Positions 33,321 to 33,618 of a stretch of DNA of 33,618 nt are shown in pieces. Numbering within the stretch: the stretch's first letter is position 1; each line of letters opens with the position of its first letter. The stretch is from an uncultured Candidatus Saccharibacteria bacterium (GTDB lineage: Bacteria; Patescibacteriota; Minisyncoccia; UBA6257; GWB1-50-10): assembly GCA_964534105.1 (NCBI GenBank), contig CAZHOF010000002.1, positions 1 to 33,618 on the forward strand. Direction: 5' to 3'. The notes below the pieces were generated by a model. It did no database searches, was not told the origin of the DNA, and worked only from the letters and a program-made list of their open reading frames with translations. The translations under genes and the position numbers were made by a program.

Positions 33321-33377
33321 CGTTCTCTCCTCCTGTGAGTGAAACAAACCACGCACGCTTTCAAATATCTATCTTTA

Positions 33378-33406
33378 ATTATATCACAATAAATAAAGAA
33401 TGTCAA
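33378..33406 (-). promoter_or_regulatory. consensus sigma70 promoter TTGACA-N17-TATAAT
   Basis: On the plus strand, tgtcaa is at 33401-33406 and attata at 33378-33383. Both hexamers are perfect. Confidence 0.75.
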
Positions 33407-33410
33407 ATTA

Positions 33411-33442
33411 AAAACAAAAGCCGCCTCGATAGCAAGACGGCT
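33411..33442 (-). terminator. intrinsic terminator for the right-edge gene
   Basis: The minus strand reads AGCCGTCT-tgctatc-GAGGCGGCT followed by TTTGTTTTT. The G-U pairs work only in the minus-strand RNA. Confidence 0.45.
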
Positions 33443-33450
33443 CGTGATAC

Positions 33451-33618
33451 TCACTGTGGCCAATGGTCAATCGCCCCCTGGGTTTCTTCGGAAGGCCCGG
33501 TGTGGCGTAACCGCTCTTCGCATCCGCGGCGATTCAAGCGGAACGGATGGCCGGTCCATCTGCTACGGAAAACGGCAACCCATTCCCAAAGAGGGCGCTC
33601 AAATCCGGAAAAGACGAT
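33451..33618 (-). CDS. C-terminal 55 codons of an unidentified GC-rich gene (runs off the right edge)
   Basis: Open frame from the window edge to TGA at 33451-33453: ..IVFSGFERPLWEWVAVFRSRWTGHPFRLNRRGCEERLRHTGPSEETQGAIDHWPQ. A terminator follows. Confidence 0.4.
   Translation of the reverse strand: MVFSGFERPLWEWVAVFRSRWTGHPFRLNRRGCEERLRHTGPSEETQGAIDHWPQ

Noticed and set aside
32589-33338. 249-aa plus-strand ORF antisense to the secreted beta-rich protein gene
   Set aside because: It has no promoter, RBS or terminator logic. The minus frame has a signal peptide, SD, consensus promoter and terminator. It is a GC-rich shadow ORF.

Overview
Mid-GC (roughly 45-52% by hand counts) bacterial chromosome segment. 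Almost all conserved genes lie on the minus strand in tight, often overlapping operons. The gene content looks like a reduced CPR/Patescibacteria-type genome: type IV pilin, DUF5671, DUF5652, VKOR, and domain-reduced UvrA, UvrC and trigger factor. Recognisable blocks, left to right: a uvrB-uvrA-uvrC operon; hpf/VKOR/DUF5652; a five-gene carbon operon (glycerate kinase, ppsA, 2-hydroxyacid dehydrogenase, eno, gpsA); a CcdA / unknown 173-aa / thioredoxin-like thiol-disulfide module; DUF378; malic enzyme; DUF167-DUF763-AstE-like; an ECF sigma / membrane protein / queA operon; trigger factor; DUF192; and an Nramp-like transporter with DUF456. No rRNA, tRNA, CRISPR array, transposase or integrase was found. 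The most unusual signal is a second population of genes scattered between these blocks. They are GC-rich (about 60-67%) and match no family I recognise. Each has a strong AAGGAGG-type Shine-Dalgarno site, and most have their own near-consensus sigma70 promoter and hairpin terminator. Three of them are micro-ORFs below the 60-aa cutoff of the ORF track. By contrast, the conserved genes lack SD sites and often have a -10 box only 4-14 nt from the ATG (leaderless style). The densest cluster is a 1.8-kb island at 5.9-7.7 kb. It holds a (G-L-x-x)x17 glycine-zipper membrane protein, a basic-tailed 175-aa orphan, and a 28-aa membrane peptide ending in CGKC. All functional calls rest on motifs read by eye and remembered family signatures; no searches were run.
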